Shown: piece by piece, positions 1 through 8,472 of the stretch | Numbering within the stretch: position 1 is the first letter of the stretch | How the letters are laid out: every line of letters starts with the position of its first letter | Assembly (NCBI GenBank): GCA_964553485.1 | Contig: CAZKMC010000006.1 | Span: 1 to 26,077, forward strand | Direction: 5' to 3' | DNA: 26,077 bases | Origin: an uncultured Comamonadaceae bacterium | GTDB lineage: Bacteria; Bacteroidota; Bacteroidia; Flavobacteriales_D; Sanyastnellaceae | Made by a program: the position numbers and the translations under genes | The notes under the pieces: model-generated | Seen by the model: only the letters and a program-made list of their open reading frames with translations | Databases searched by the model: none | Told to the model about the DNA's origin: nothing

Positions 1-29
1 TGAGGTTGTTAGGTCATGAAATCATCCAA

Positions 30-111
30 GCTGTCGCGAGTTTGTAACTCGTGCCTCCAGGCTTGTTAGTCGGGAAATCATCCAAGCTGGCGCGAGTTTG
101 TAACTCGTGCC
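30..111. repeat. REP-like palindrome cluster 1: two tandem copies (30-55, 86-111) of GCTGGCGCGAGTTTGTAACTCGTGCC, period 56 bp
   Basis: Copies read directly: gctgtcgcgagtttgtaactcgtgcc and gctggcgcgagtttgtaactcgtgcc, each preceded by gaaatcatccaa. Hairpin GGCGCGAGT-TTGTA-ACTCGTGCC. The cluster may extend left of the window. Confidence 0.9.
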
Positions 112-341
112 TTGAGGTTCATTCCATCCAGCAATCATTTTACTCTGCAACTCACTATCCTAAATTACCCCCGAAAAAAACACCCCCATCACCCTTCATT
201 CATTTTCACGTACCGTTCATGAATTCCCCAAAGTCTTTGTACGTTCGTGGACCTGCAATTATTGGGATTGAATGAAAGAGACAATTTGCATTTTTTGCGT
301 TTAGTTTCATTCCTTGATGTCACAACCAAAACCCAAATACA

Positions 342-2279
342 ATGAAAAGATTTTCCTCATTATTATTGTTTCTTGGAATTGCTTCAATGCTATCTGCGCA
401 AGAATGCGATGGACCGACTGCAATTGGAGAATTTGGAGCCAACCAAATACATGTACGGCTTGGACATGGAGGTTCTTTCTGGAATGCTAATCAAGATGGC
501 TGGGGGATGTGGCTGCCGGAACAGGTAGGTGGAAACCTCCTGTATACCGCCGGATTGATCATAGGTGGCATATCACCGGATCAACAACTGAAATTGGCAG
601 GTGCCGGATATGATGGAAACGGGACAGATTTTTATGCTGGGCCGCTTTCTACCGACGGGACAGCCACTTCAAGTTTAGAAAATTGCCTTAACTGGGATCG
701 CTTTTTTGTAATCTATGAACAACATGTTCAGAGGCACAAGGAATATTTTGACTGCATGAATAACCCAGACTGTGATCTGGAAGAATTGTTTCCTGTAGGA
801 TACATCATCCCAGAGTCATTTTTGGAATATCCAGCCCATGGAGATAATGCATTGAATCAGGACTTTTACCTAGCGCCTTTTTATGATTACAATTCAGATG
901 GCACTTATGATCCATCGGTTGGTGATGCGCCTTATTTCATTTCAGTCTATGGAGGCGACGACTGCTGCAATTCATTGAAGGGGCATGTCTGTGCGTTCTG
1001 GATTGCGAATGATACCGGAGGTCCACACTTATATTCCAATTCAGAACCAATAGGGTTGGAGATACAACATATGACCTATGCTTATTCCGCAAGTAATTAC
1101 TTAGGTCGTTCATTGTTCCATCAGGAAATGATCATCAATCGGGGAACGCAGACGTTGATGGATACTCATGTAGGGCACTTTTTGGATTTTGATCTAGGTT
1201 CGCCCAATGACGATCTTTTTGGATCTGATTCGACACGTCAAGCAGTGTATGTGTACAATGGAGATAATTATGATGAACCTAGTTTTGAAGCCTCTTCTTT
1301 TGAGAGTCGTATTCCTGCCGGGGCTTGGGTTCAGTTGGGGGGACCATGGGAAGATCCAGACAATGAAGACGGAGATAATGATGGAATCATAGACAATGAG
1401 ACGGTTCCAATGTCGCATGTGATCGGAACAGATGTGAATGTCTTTCCCAACTTCACCGTCCCCGCTAATTTTTACAATTATCTTCGGTCATATTTGTCAA
1501 ATGGAGCTCATTATACGGAGAACAATGAGGCGAAGGATTTCCAGTGGGAAGCTCCCATTGAAGAGCCAGAGATCTTTGGAGATATTCCTCCATTTGACGT
1601 GAAGATGATTGCTTCCTCAGGGGCTTTTACACTTGAACCAGGAGATTCACATTGTTTGAATCATGCCTTCACCTACCACCGCCCCCAAGAAGATGCCCCT
1701 GCTACTGCTTCGTTGGCCTTTTTGGGGCCTCAGGTAGATTCCCTCCATGTTGATTTTGATGCATGTTTCCCCTGTATTCCGCCGGCTGTGAATATTCAAG
1801 TAGAAGAAATATCTCCAGGAGTATATGCTTTCTTCAATTTGGCTGGCGCCGAGGAATATGCCTGGGATTTTGGCGATGGGGCTGTGTCTGACTTCGCGTT
1901 TCCCACTCATACTTACTCAGCAGACGGTATTTATAATGTTACACTACAGCTTGAAAATGCATGTGGTTCAGCTTCTGGCAGCCTGGAGATCGATGCGCTG
2001 GCAAGTTCTGTTGTTAAGGCTGATGAGCTGACTGCAGTTTCCGTGTATCCAAATCCGGCACGGGAAGCATTGACGATCTCCGGATTGGGAGTTGGTCGAT
2101 CTTTGATCCGGATCTATGAGGCCCGCGGGAAACTGGTATGGGAATTAACTGGGAGTGCGGATCAGGTGGAAGTTCCTGTTTCTAATTGGGATGCAGGTTT
2201 GTACATGATCACTATTGACTCGAAGGAGCTTTCGACACGAGTTACAAACTCGCGCCAGCTGCGATTTGTGGTGGAATGA
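342..2279 (+). CDS. Secreted T9SS type A cargo protein: signal peptide, uncharacterised N-terminal region with Ca-binding-like Asp motifs, PKD domain, C-terminal sorting domain
   Basis: 645-aa ORF. Signal peptide MKRFSSLLLFLGIASMLSAQ; DxNxDG-type loops (DYNSDGTYD, DGDNDGIID); PKD signature YAWDFGDG...PTHTYSADGIYNVTL; CTD signature VSVYPNPARE...GLYMITI. Confidence 0.85.
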   Translation: MKRFSSLLLFLGIASMLSAQECDGPTAIGEFGANQIHVRLGHGGSFWNANQDGWGMWLPEQVGGNLLYTAGLIIGGISPDQQLKLAGAGYDGNGTDFYAGPLSTDGTATSSLENCLNWDRFFVIYEQHVQRHKEYFDCMNNPDCDLEELFPVGYIIPESFLEYPAHGDNALNQDFYLAPFYDYNSDGTYDPSVGDAPYFISVYGGDDCCNSLKGHVCAFWIANDTGGPHLYSNSEPIGLEIQHMTYAYSASNYLGRSLFHQEMIINRGTQTLMDTHVGHFLDFDLGSPNDDLFGSDSTRQAVYVYNGDNYDEPSFEASSFESRIPAGAWVQLGGPWEDPDNEDGDNDGIIDNETVPMSHVIGTDVNVFPNFTVPANFYNYLRSYLSNGAHYTENNEAKDFQWEAPIEEPEIFGDIPPFDVKMIASSGAFTLEPGDSHCLNHAFTYHRPQEDAPATASLAFLGPQVDSLHVDFDACFPCIPPAVNIQVEEISPGVYAFFNLAGAEEYAWDFGDGAVSDFAFPTHTYSADGIYNVTLQLENACGSASGSLEIDALASSVVKADELTAVSVYPNPAREALTISGLGVGRSLIRIYEARGKLVWELTGSADQVEVPVSNWDAGLYMITIDSKELSTRVTNSRQLRFVVE

Positions 2280-2367
2280 TACTTTGAGACACGAGTCAGA
2301 GACTCGCGCCAACAGAGGGCTGCTATTGAATGGTGCTTTTCGGCACGAGTTACAAACTCGCGCCAGC
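2234..2367. repeat. REP-like palindrome cluster 2: three copies (2234-2259, 2288-2313, 2342-2367), inverted relative to cluster 1, period 54 bp
   Basis: gacacgagttacaaactcgcgccagc / gacacgagtcagagactcgcgccaac / ggcacgagttacaaactcgcgccagc, separated by 28-bp linkers. The first copy lies inside CDS 342..2279. Confidence 0.9.
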
Positions 2368-2377
2368 TTGAAAAAAA

Positions 2378-2441
2378 CGGCTCCAAGCCGAAACGAGCCC
2401 GAAGGGCGGCATTCTCGCAGCCCCGACCGACAGGTCGAGGG
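2378..2441. other. GC-rich multi-hairpin element (three short stem-loops), possibly a second REP-like family
   Basis: cggct-cca-agccg (2378-2390), gccc-gaa-gggc (2397-2407), cccgacc-gaca-ggtcgaggg (about 2421-2441). Single copy in this window. Confidence 0.45.
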
Positions 2442-2464
2442 ATCAATGTGCGCCAATTTGAAAC

Positions 2465-2495
2465 AAAAAAAGCCTGCATGAATGCAGGCTTTTTT
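2465..2495. terminator. Bidirectional-type intrinsic terminator, most likely ending the T9SS cargo transcript
   Basis: aaaaaa-agcctgca-tgaa-tgcaggct-ttttt: perfect 8-bp stem with an A-tract before and a T-tract after. Confidence 0.85.
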
Positions 2496-2855
2496 AAGTA
2501 AACCAAGGTGTGATTATTTGGACGTTAAGTCAAGCTCTAAATTAGATTTTCACTTTCTGAAAGCGCCATCCTATGCCTTCTATTACTCATATCATTTTCA
2601 TGGTAATTCTAAATTGCCTTTGTCATTAGTGGTCTCAGAAACTAATCCGAAGCAGGGCAAGACACCATTCCTCAGGCCCAAGCCTAAAGAAATCAGATGC
2701 TTAAGGGGAATTCAAGAGTTGTGGTGCAGATTGAAGGGGTATGGATATTCTTCTACAAAAGGGGCTAAATTCACTCAATAAAGGGAAAAATATTGATTGT
2801 ATTTAGACTTTCTATTGGTGTGACTTTTAAGACATAAATTGCTTGGAATAAACTC

Positions 2856-2863
2856 TAAATTTG
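2856..2863 (+). promoter_or_regulatory. Bacteroidota sigma-70 -7 element for the RND operon
   Basis: TAAATTTG matches TAnnTTTG, 19 nt upstream of ATG 2883. Confidence 0.7.
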
Positions 2864-2882
2864 CACCTCTCAACTCCAAACT

Positions 2883-4007
2883 ATGAATCCATTGCTGAAT
2901 TCTATTCTGCGTATTGTTCTGGGTGCGGCCATTCTATTGGTTGCTTTTCTATTCATGAAAGGGCTTATTTCAATGAAGACGGATCCACCCGTGAGCATTC
3001 CTCCAAAAGCGGTGAAAGAAGTGCGCACCATGAAAGCTGAAATTGGGAATTTCCAGCCAGAGACATTCATTCAAGGACGAGCCGTTGCCAAACAAAAAAT
3101 TGAGCTGTATTCTGAAGTGAATGGCCGTTTGCTTTCAAGTGGAAAGGATTTCAGAGAAGGGGTGAAGTACCAGGCAGGAGAAGTCATTTTTAGATTGGAC
3201 TCTGAAGAACTACGACTGCAGTTGGTAGCCCAAAAAAGTGGTTTTCTGCAGTTGCTCACTTCAAATTTAGCCGAGATCAAATTGGATTTTGCTGATCGAT
3301 ATGAAGTTTGGAGCCAATACACCAATGATCTGGATGTAAACGCGGCGTTGGAAAACTTACCTGAGCCAGCTTCTGACAAAGAGAAATATTTCCTCAGTAA
3401 TAGAGGTATTTTAAATCAATATTACTCCATCCGTTCTTCAGAGGAGAGATTGGCCAAGTATACCATTCGGGCACCTTTTTCTGGGGTGGTGTCTTCAAGT
3501 TTGGTGAATGCCGGGACGTTGGTGAGGCCGGGACAAAAGTTAGGAGAGTTTATGAATACCACCGAATTTGAAGTTGAAGCGGCAGTGTTAGGTTCAGCTT
3601 TGAGTGTGGTGAAAGTAGGGGATGAAGTTGGCCTAAAGGCCGAGGATAATAGTGGTGACTGGAACGGAAGAGTGAGCAGGATTTCTAATTATATTGACCC
3701 GACGACACAAACCGCAAAAGTGTTTGTTTCTGTAAAAGGAGAATCTCTGAAAGACGGGATGTATTTGAATGGCGTGATTCGGTCAGCTCCAATGAACGAT
3801 GTGTTGCGCCTGCAAACAGATTTGCTAACCGCAGAAAATCAAGTGTATGCGGTGAAAGATAGCTCCTTGGTATTGATGAGACCTTTGGTAGTCCATCAAA
3901 GTCTGGAGCACTGCTTGTTGTCTGGGATTCCTTCTGGAACCACTTTGTTAGCAGAGCCACTACCGAATGCTTTTGATGGAATGAGAGTGAAACCTGTAGC
4001 GCAATGA
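2883..4007 (+). CDS. RND efflux periplasmic adaptor (membrane fusion protein, HlyD/AcrA family)
   Basis: 374 aa. N-terminal TM anchor; lipoyl-like halves (IELYSEVNGRL...; IRAPFSGVV...VNAGTLVRPGQKL); helical hairpin; ATGA overlap with the next gene. Confidence 0.9.
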   Translation: MNPLLNSILRIVLGAAILLVAFLFMKGLISMKTDPPVSIPPKAVKEVRTMKAEIGNFQPETFIQGRAVAKQKIELYSEVNGRLLSSGKDFREGVKYQAGEVIFRLDSEELRLQLVAQKSGFLQLLTSNLAEIKLDFADRYEVWSQYTNDLDVNAALENLPEPASDKEKYFLSNRGILNQYYSIRSSEERLAKYTIRAPFSGVVSSSLVNAGTLVRPGQKLGEFMNTTEFEVEAAVLGSALSVVKVGDEVGLKAEDNSGDWNGRVSRISNYIDPTTQTAKVFVSVKGESLKDGMYLNGVIRSAPMNDVLRLQTDLLTAENQVYAVKDSSLVLMRPLVVHQSLEHCLLSGIPSGTTLLAEPLPNAFDGMRVKPVAQ

Positions 4008-7000
4008 GAGGACTCATACGCTATTTCATAAAGTATCCGATCAATGGCGACATGCTGATGATCGCATTGCTGATTTCGGGGATATTGGGAATGACCAATC
4101 TCAAATCCACTTTTTTTCCGGAAACCGCCAGCAAGATCATCGCAATTCAAGTGGTGTATCCAGGTGCTAGTCCTGAAGAAATCGAAGAAGGTATTGTAGC
4201 CAAGATCGAAGACAACCTCAAAGGCATTGCAGGTGTGGATCAGGTCAAATCTGTATGTTCTGAAAACTCCGGAAGCATTACTGTAGAGGTGTTAGATGAA
4301 GATCAAACGGACGAGATTCTTCAAGATGTAAAGAATGCTGTTGACCGGATTTCCAGTTTTCCCTTGGGAATGGAGCCTCCTGTTATTTTCAAGCAAGATG
4401 CGATCAATTTTGCCATCAGCTTTGCTGTAAATGGCGACCTCGATCTCGCCACCCTCAAACGATATGCAAAGGACATTGAGACGGATGTTCGATCTATCCC
4501 TGGAATTTCCCAAGTAGAGTTGAGCGGGTATCCTGCAGAAGAAATTGAAGTAAGACTGAAAGAAGATCGACTCTTGGCGTTGAATATTACTGTTGCTGAA
4601 ATAGCAGGAGCTATTCGAGCAGCCAACATCGAAACCACTGGAGGAAAGATCAAGACTGAAAGAGAAGAGTTGTTGATCAGAGGTAGGTACAAAGAATACA
4701 GAGCCAAGGAGCTTCGTGACTTGGTGGTGCGTGCCACGCCAGACGGCAAAGTGATTCGTTTGGGAGATTTGGCTGAGGTCACTGACCAATGGAGTGAGGA
4801 CAATCCGAGCAGAAGCTGGTTCAACGGAGCCCCAGCGGTAGTGGTGACTGTGAACAACCTCCTGTCTGAAGATATGCTAGATATCACCGAGCATGTGAGG
4901 ACATACATTGAGCTGTATAACCAGCAGAACATGGAAGTCCGTTTGGATGTGATCAGAGATGGTTCAATCACTTTGAGCCAACGTATTGACTTATTGGTGA
5001 GCAACGGCATTTTTGGATTTCTTCTAGTAGTTCTTTTCCTTGCTTTATTTCTGAATTACCGACTGGCATTTTGGGTGGCTTTGGCCATACCAGTGTCCTT
5101 TGCTGGGATGTTTGTCTTGGCAAGTATGATTGGCATCACCATCAATGTAGTTTCACTGTTCGGAATGATCCTAGTGATCGGAATTCTGGTGGATGATGGA
5201 ATTGTGATTGCGGAAAACATCTACCAACATTACGAGCTAGGTGAATCCAGAATTGACGCCACTATCAACGGAACAATGGAAGTGCTTCCCGCGGTGTTCT
5301 CGGCCATTGTCACTACTATCATTGCGTTTTCTTCATTCTATTTTATTGAGGGACGACTTGGCGATATTTTCGCGGAGATGGCCACGGTTGTGATCCTGAC
5401 CCTCGTGTTTTCATTGGTAGAAGGAGCCTTTATTCTGCCTGCGCACGTAGGTCACAGCAAGGCACTTTCCAGAACAGCTAAGCCCAATGGTATTGAGCGT
5501 GGGTTGCAGAATTTTATGAATTGGATGCGCAACCGCATCTATGCTCCGGTGCTTCGTTTTAGCATGAAGAATGGCTGGATTACCGCAAGTATCATCATTG
5601 GAATTTTCCTGATTACTGTCCCGGGATTGATAGGCGGGGGATTCGTGAAAACTACCTTCTTCCCTTTCATCGAAGGCGATAACATTACCATCAATCTAAA
5701 GATGGCTGCGGGTACCCGAGAGCATCTTACCAAGGAGGCGCTGGATAAAATTGAAGTCGCAATTTGGGAAGTGAACAAGGAGTTAAGCGCGGAGCGCGAG
5801 GATACTCTTCAAATAGTACAAGCGATAGATAAGAATCTGGGGCCTACTACTTATGATGGCAGCATGCGTGTACAGCTTTTGGATGGAGAAAGGAGAAATG
5901 TAAGGGTGATGCAGGTTACTCAATTGATTCGTGAAAAGACTGGAGTAATCTATGGAGCTGAAAACCTGAGTTTCGGAGCATTTTCTCCTTTTGGAAGACC
6001 CGTTTCTGTGTCCTTATTGAGCAACAATTTGGATGAATTATCGGCTGCTGCTGCAGATCTCAGAACTGAATTGGAAAAGCGCAACGACCTTCGTGATGTC
6101 ACAGATAATAACCAAAAAGGCCTCAAGGAAGTCAACGTAAAATTAAAGCCTAAAGCCTATCATTTGGGGCTGACCGAGCAGGAAGTGCTTTCGCAATTAC
6201 GACAAGGTTTCTTTGGAAACGAAGTCCAGCGTTTGCAACGCGGAGAAGATGAAGTACGTGTATGGGTGCGCTTGGATGAATCTGACCGTTCCTCAGTTGC
6301 TCAACTGGAAAAAATTAGAATTCGCACCGCAACCGGATTGGAAGTTCCTTTGACAGAACTAGCTGAGCTAAATGTGGAACGTGGAATCGTAGCCATCAAT
6401 CGCATGTACGGCCAGCGAGAGGTGCAGGTCAGTGCAGACATTGCGAATTCAACCGTTTCCGCTACAGACGCTATTGCTGATATCAAAGAAAATGTGATTC
6501 CGGTAATCTTGGCTGGATATCCAGAGGTACGTGTAAGTTATGAAGGGCAAAATAGAGAGACCGCAAAATCACAGAAGTCGATTCAAACAGTAATGCCGTT
6601 GATCTTCTTATTGATGTTGTTTGTCATCATACTAACTTTCCGCTCGCCATTGCAAGGGTTAGCGGTGTTCCTCTTGATTCCATTTGGTTTGATAGGTGTG
6701 AGCCTTGGTCACTGGGTGCTTGGTGCTCAAATCAGTTTGTTCTCGATTTTGGGAATGATTGCGTTGATTGGAATTTTGGTCAATGACAGTCTTGTGCTTG
6801 TTGCTGCCTACAACATAAATTTGAAAAAAGGAATCAACTGGAGAGAGAGTATTTTCCAGGCAGGAATGAGCCGTTTTAGGCCTATTCTTCTAACTTCTGT
6901 TACTACCATTGCAGGACTAGCTCCTTTGATTTTGAATAAGAGTTTCCAAGCCCAGTTCCTTATCCCAATGGCCATATCAGTGGCTTTCGGATTGCTGTTT

Positions 7001-7165
7001 ACTACGGTCATTATTCTGGTCTTATTGCCGGTCTTTTTGGTCTGGATCAATCCATTGCACCGCACTTGGGTGTGGTTGCGAAACGGGAAAATTCCTCCGG
7101 AACAAGACGCTGAACCTGCGATACGAGAATTGCAAAGTATTGAACGTTTTGAAAAACAAGAATAG
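4004..7165 (+). CDS. RND efflux transporter permease (AcrB/AcrD/AcrF family)
   Basis: 1053 aa with two large periplasmic loops and a 12-TM pattern. YPGASPEEIE, GILVDDGIVIAENI (proton-relay Asp pair), GILVNDSLVLV, RFRPILLTSVTT. Confidence 0.95.
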   Translation: MRGLIRYFIKYPINGDMLMIALLISGILGMTNLKSTFFPETASKIIAIQVVYPGASPEEIEEGIVAKIEDNLKGIAGVDQVKSVCSENSGSITVEVLDEDQTDEILQDVKNAVDRISSFPLGMEPPVIFKQDAINFAISFAVNGDLDLATLKRYAKDIETDVRSIPGISQVELSGYPAEEIEVRLKEDRLLALNITVAEIAGAIRAANIETTGGKIKTEREELLIRGRYKEYRAKELRDLVVRATPDGKVIRLGDLAEVTDQWSEDNPSRSWFNGAPAVVVTVNNLLSEDMLDITEHVRTYIELYNQQNMEVRLDVIRDGSITLSQRIDLLVSNGIFGFLLVVLFLALFLNYRLAFWVALAIPVSFAGMFVLASMIGITINVVSLFGMILVIGILVDDGIVIAENIYQHYELGESRIDATINGTMEVLPAVFSAIVTTIIAFSSFYFIEGRLGDIFAEMATVVILTLVFSLVEGAFILPAHVGHSKALSRTAKPNGIERGLQNFMNWMRNRIYAPVLRFSMKNGWITASIIIGIFLITVPGLIGGGFVKTTFFPFIEGDNITINLKMAAGTREHLTKEALDKIEVAIWEVNKELSAEREDTLQIVQAIDKNLGPTTYDGSMRVQLLDGERRNVRVMQVTQLIREKTGVIYGAENLSFGAFSPFGRPVSVSLLSNNLDELSAAAADLRTELEKRNDLRDVTDNNQKGLKEVNVKLKPKAYHLGLTEQEVLSQLRQGFFGNEVQRLQRGEDEVRVWVRLDESDRSSVAQLEKIRIRTATGLEVPLTELAELNVERGIVAINRMYGQREVQVSADIANSTVSATDAIADIKENVIPVILAGYPEVRVSYEGQNRETAKSQKSIQTVMPLIFLLMLFVIILTFRSPLQGLAVFLLIPFGLIGVSLGHWVLGAQISLFSILGMIALIGILVNDSLVLVAAYNINLKKGINWRESIFQAGMSRFRPILLTSVTTIAGLAPLILNKSFQAQFLIPMAISVAFGLLFTTVIILVLLPVFLVWINPLHRTWVWLRNGKIPPEQDAEPAIRELQSIERFEKQE

Positions 7166-7166
7166 C

Positions 7167-8471
7167 ATGAAGCAAATTCAACTGACCCTTCTTTCTGTCT
7201 GCTTCTGTGTAGCTGCCACGGCTCAAACGCAGTTGTCGCTGGACGATGCTATTTCACGTGCGCTTGAAAACAATTTTCAAATTCAAATAGCTGAGTTGTC
7301 TGCGGAAATTCAGGCGAACAACAATACCTGGGGACAAACCAATGCGGTGCCGGTCATTGGCCTCACTGGAAGTTTCAGCAACAATATTTCAGATCAAAGT
7401 CAAAATCCAACGGCTTTCATTCAGGATAAATTGGAGTCGACTACTCTTCAATACGGAGCCAACCTCAACTGGACCTTGTTTGATGGTTTTGGGATGTTTG
7501 CTGCAAAACGTCAACTTGAAATATTGGAGGAACAAAGTGAAGGAAATGCTGCGTTGGTCATTGAAAACACGCTTCAGGCAATCATCATATCCTATTATCA
7601 GGCTGCGTTGCAACAAGCCAAGCTGGAGGTGTTGAGTGATGTGATACACTTGTCCGAAGACCGTTTGAACTACATGCAGGTCAAACAGGAATTGGGCGCA
7701 AGTACGACGTTTGAAATCTTGCAATTTGAAAATGCCATAATTGCGGACAGCACTAATTATTTGATGCAGGAATTGGCGGCAAGAAATGCCCAAAGGAACC
7801 TCAATCTTCTGATGGCAGAGTCTGAAGATATTCAATGGGAGCTCACAACTGGTTTGGGTGATCCGGCAGCAGTTTTTGTCATTGAAGATTTACAATCGCG
7901 GATGCGCTCCAGCAACCAGCAGATGAAAAACCAATACCTCAATTTGCGTTTGATCGAAGAGGATGTGAACCGAGCACGGTCGTCTTTGTATCCGGTTGTT
8001 TCTTTTCAAGCAGGTATCAACCAAGCAGACAGCCGATTCAAAGTTGGGGAGCTTGAAGGAGACGGAACAACCCTGAATTATTTTGGGAATTTTGTGCTGA
8101 ATTTTAACCTGTTCAATGGAGGTAAGGCCCGCAGGTCCTTGCAGAATGCTAAGATTCAAACTGAAATAAGTTCGTTGGGATTGGCAGATCTTGAATTGAG
8201 ACTGGATGCAGAATTGCGCACCACTTACGAGAGATACCAAGCGCAGCAGCGAATTTTTGGGATGAGTAACCGCAATGTGTCAAATGCAAAACGAACGATG
8301 GAAATTGCCAATGATCGTTTCCAGAATGGAGTGATCAATTCATTCGATTACCGCGATGTGCAGTTGGTTTACCTCAATGCCAGCACACTTCAACTAGAGA
8401 ACCTATACAACCTACTTGCTACGCATACCGGCTTGGTTAGACTGACAGGTGGATTGGTCAGAGCTAAATAG
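7167..8471 (+). CDS. TolC-family outer membrane efflux channel
   Basis: Signal peptide from ATG 7167 (MKQIQLTLLSVCFCVAATAQ), 1 nt after the pump stop; the ORF-track start at 7140 overlaps the pump. LSLDDAISRALENN start, LYPVVSFQAG, FNLFNGG, RFQNGVINSFD. Confidence 0.9.
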   Translation: MKQIQLTLLSVCFCVAATAQTQLSLDDAISRALENNFQIQIAELSAEIQANNNTWGQTNAVPVIGLTGSFSNNISDQSQNPTAFIQDKLESTTLQYGANLNWTLFDGFGMFAAKRQLEILEEQSEGNAALVIENTLQAIIISYYQAALQQAKLEVLSDVIHLSEDRLNYMQVKQELGASTTFEILQFENAIIADSTNYLMQELAARNAQRNLNLLMAESEDIQWELTTGLGDPAAVFVIEDLQSRMRSSNQQMKNQYLNLRLIEEDVNRARSSLYPVVSFQAGINQADSRFKVGELEGDGTTLNYFGNFVLNFNLFNGGKARRSLQNAKIQTEISSLGLADLELRLDAELRTTYERYQAQQRIFGMSNRNVSNAKRTMEIANDRFQNGVINSFDYRDVQLVYLNASTLQLENLYNLLATHTGLVRLTGGLVRAK

Positions 8472-8472
8472 G

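Noticed and set aside
51-275. 74-aa ORF, and similar short ORFs at 2145-2506 and 10593-10808
   Set aside because: These are translations through REP units (recurrent LARVCNS / WREFVTR peptides) with no protein-like character.
2234-2367. CRISPR mini-array (26-bp palindromic repeats with 28-bp spacers)
   Set aside because: The linkers are related to each other and to host gene ends, are near-identical in cluster 3, and the same repeat is dispersed at gene ends. No cas gene or leader is present.
2371-2415. Hammerhead-like arrangement (stem followed by GAAAC)
   Set aside because: The CUGAnGA core and a proper stem III/NUH site are missing on both strands.
2614-2660. TPP or SAM riboswitch (ctgaga and gaagc...ggcaa fragments)
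   Set aside because: The remaining conserved cores are absent and there is no matching metabolic gene downstream.
4292-6486. Antisense ORFs up to 229 aa within the RND pump gene, plus the other antisense or alternative-frame ORFs inside long genes
   Set aside because: Shadow frames of well-supported coding sequence, with no motifs or independent start signals.
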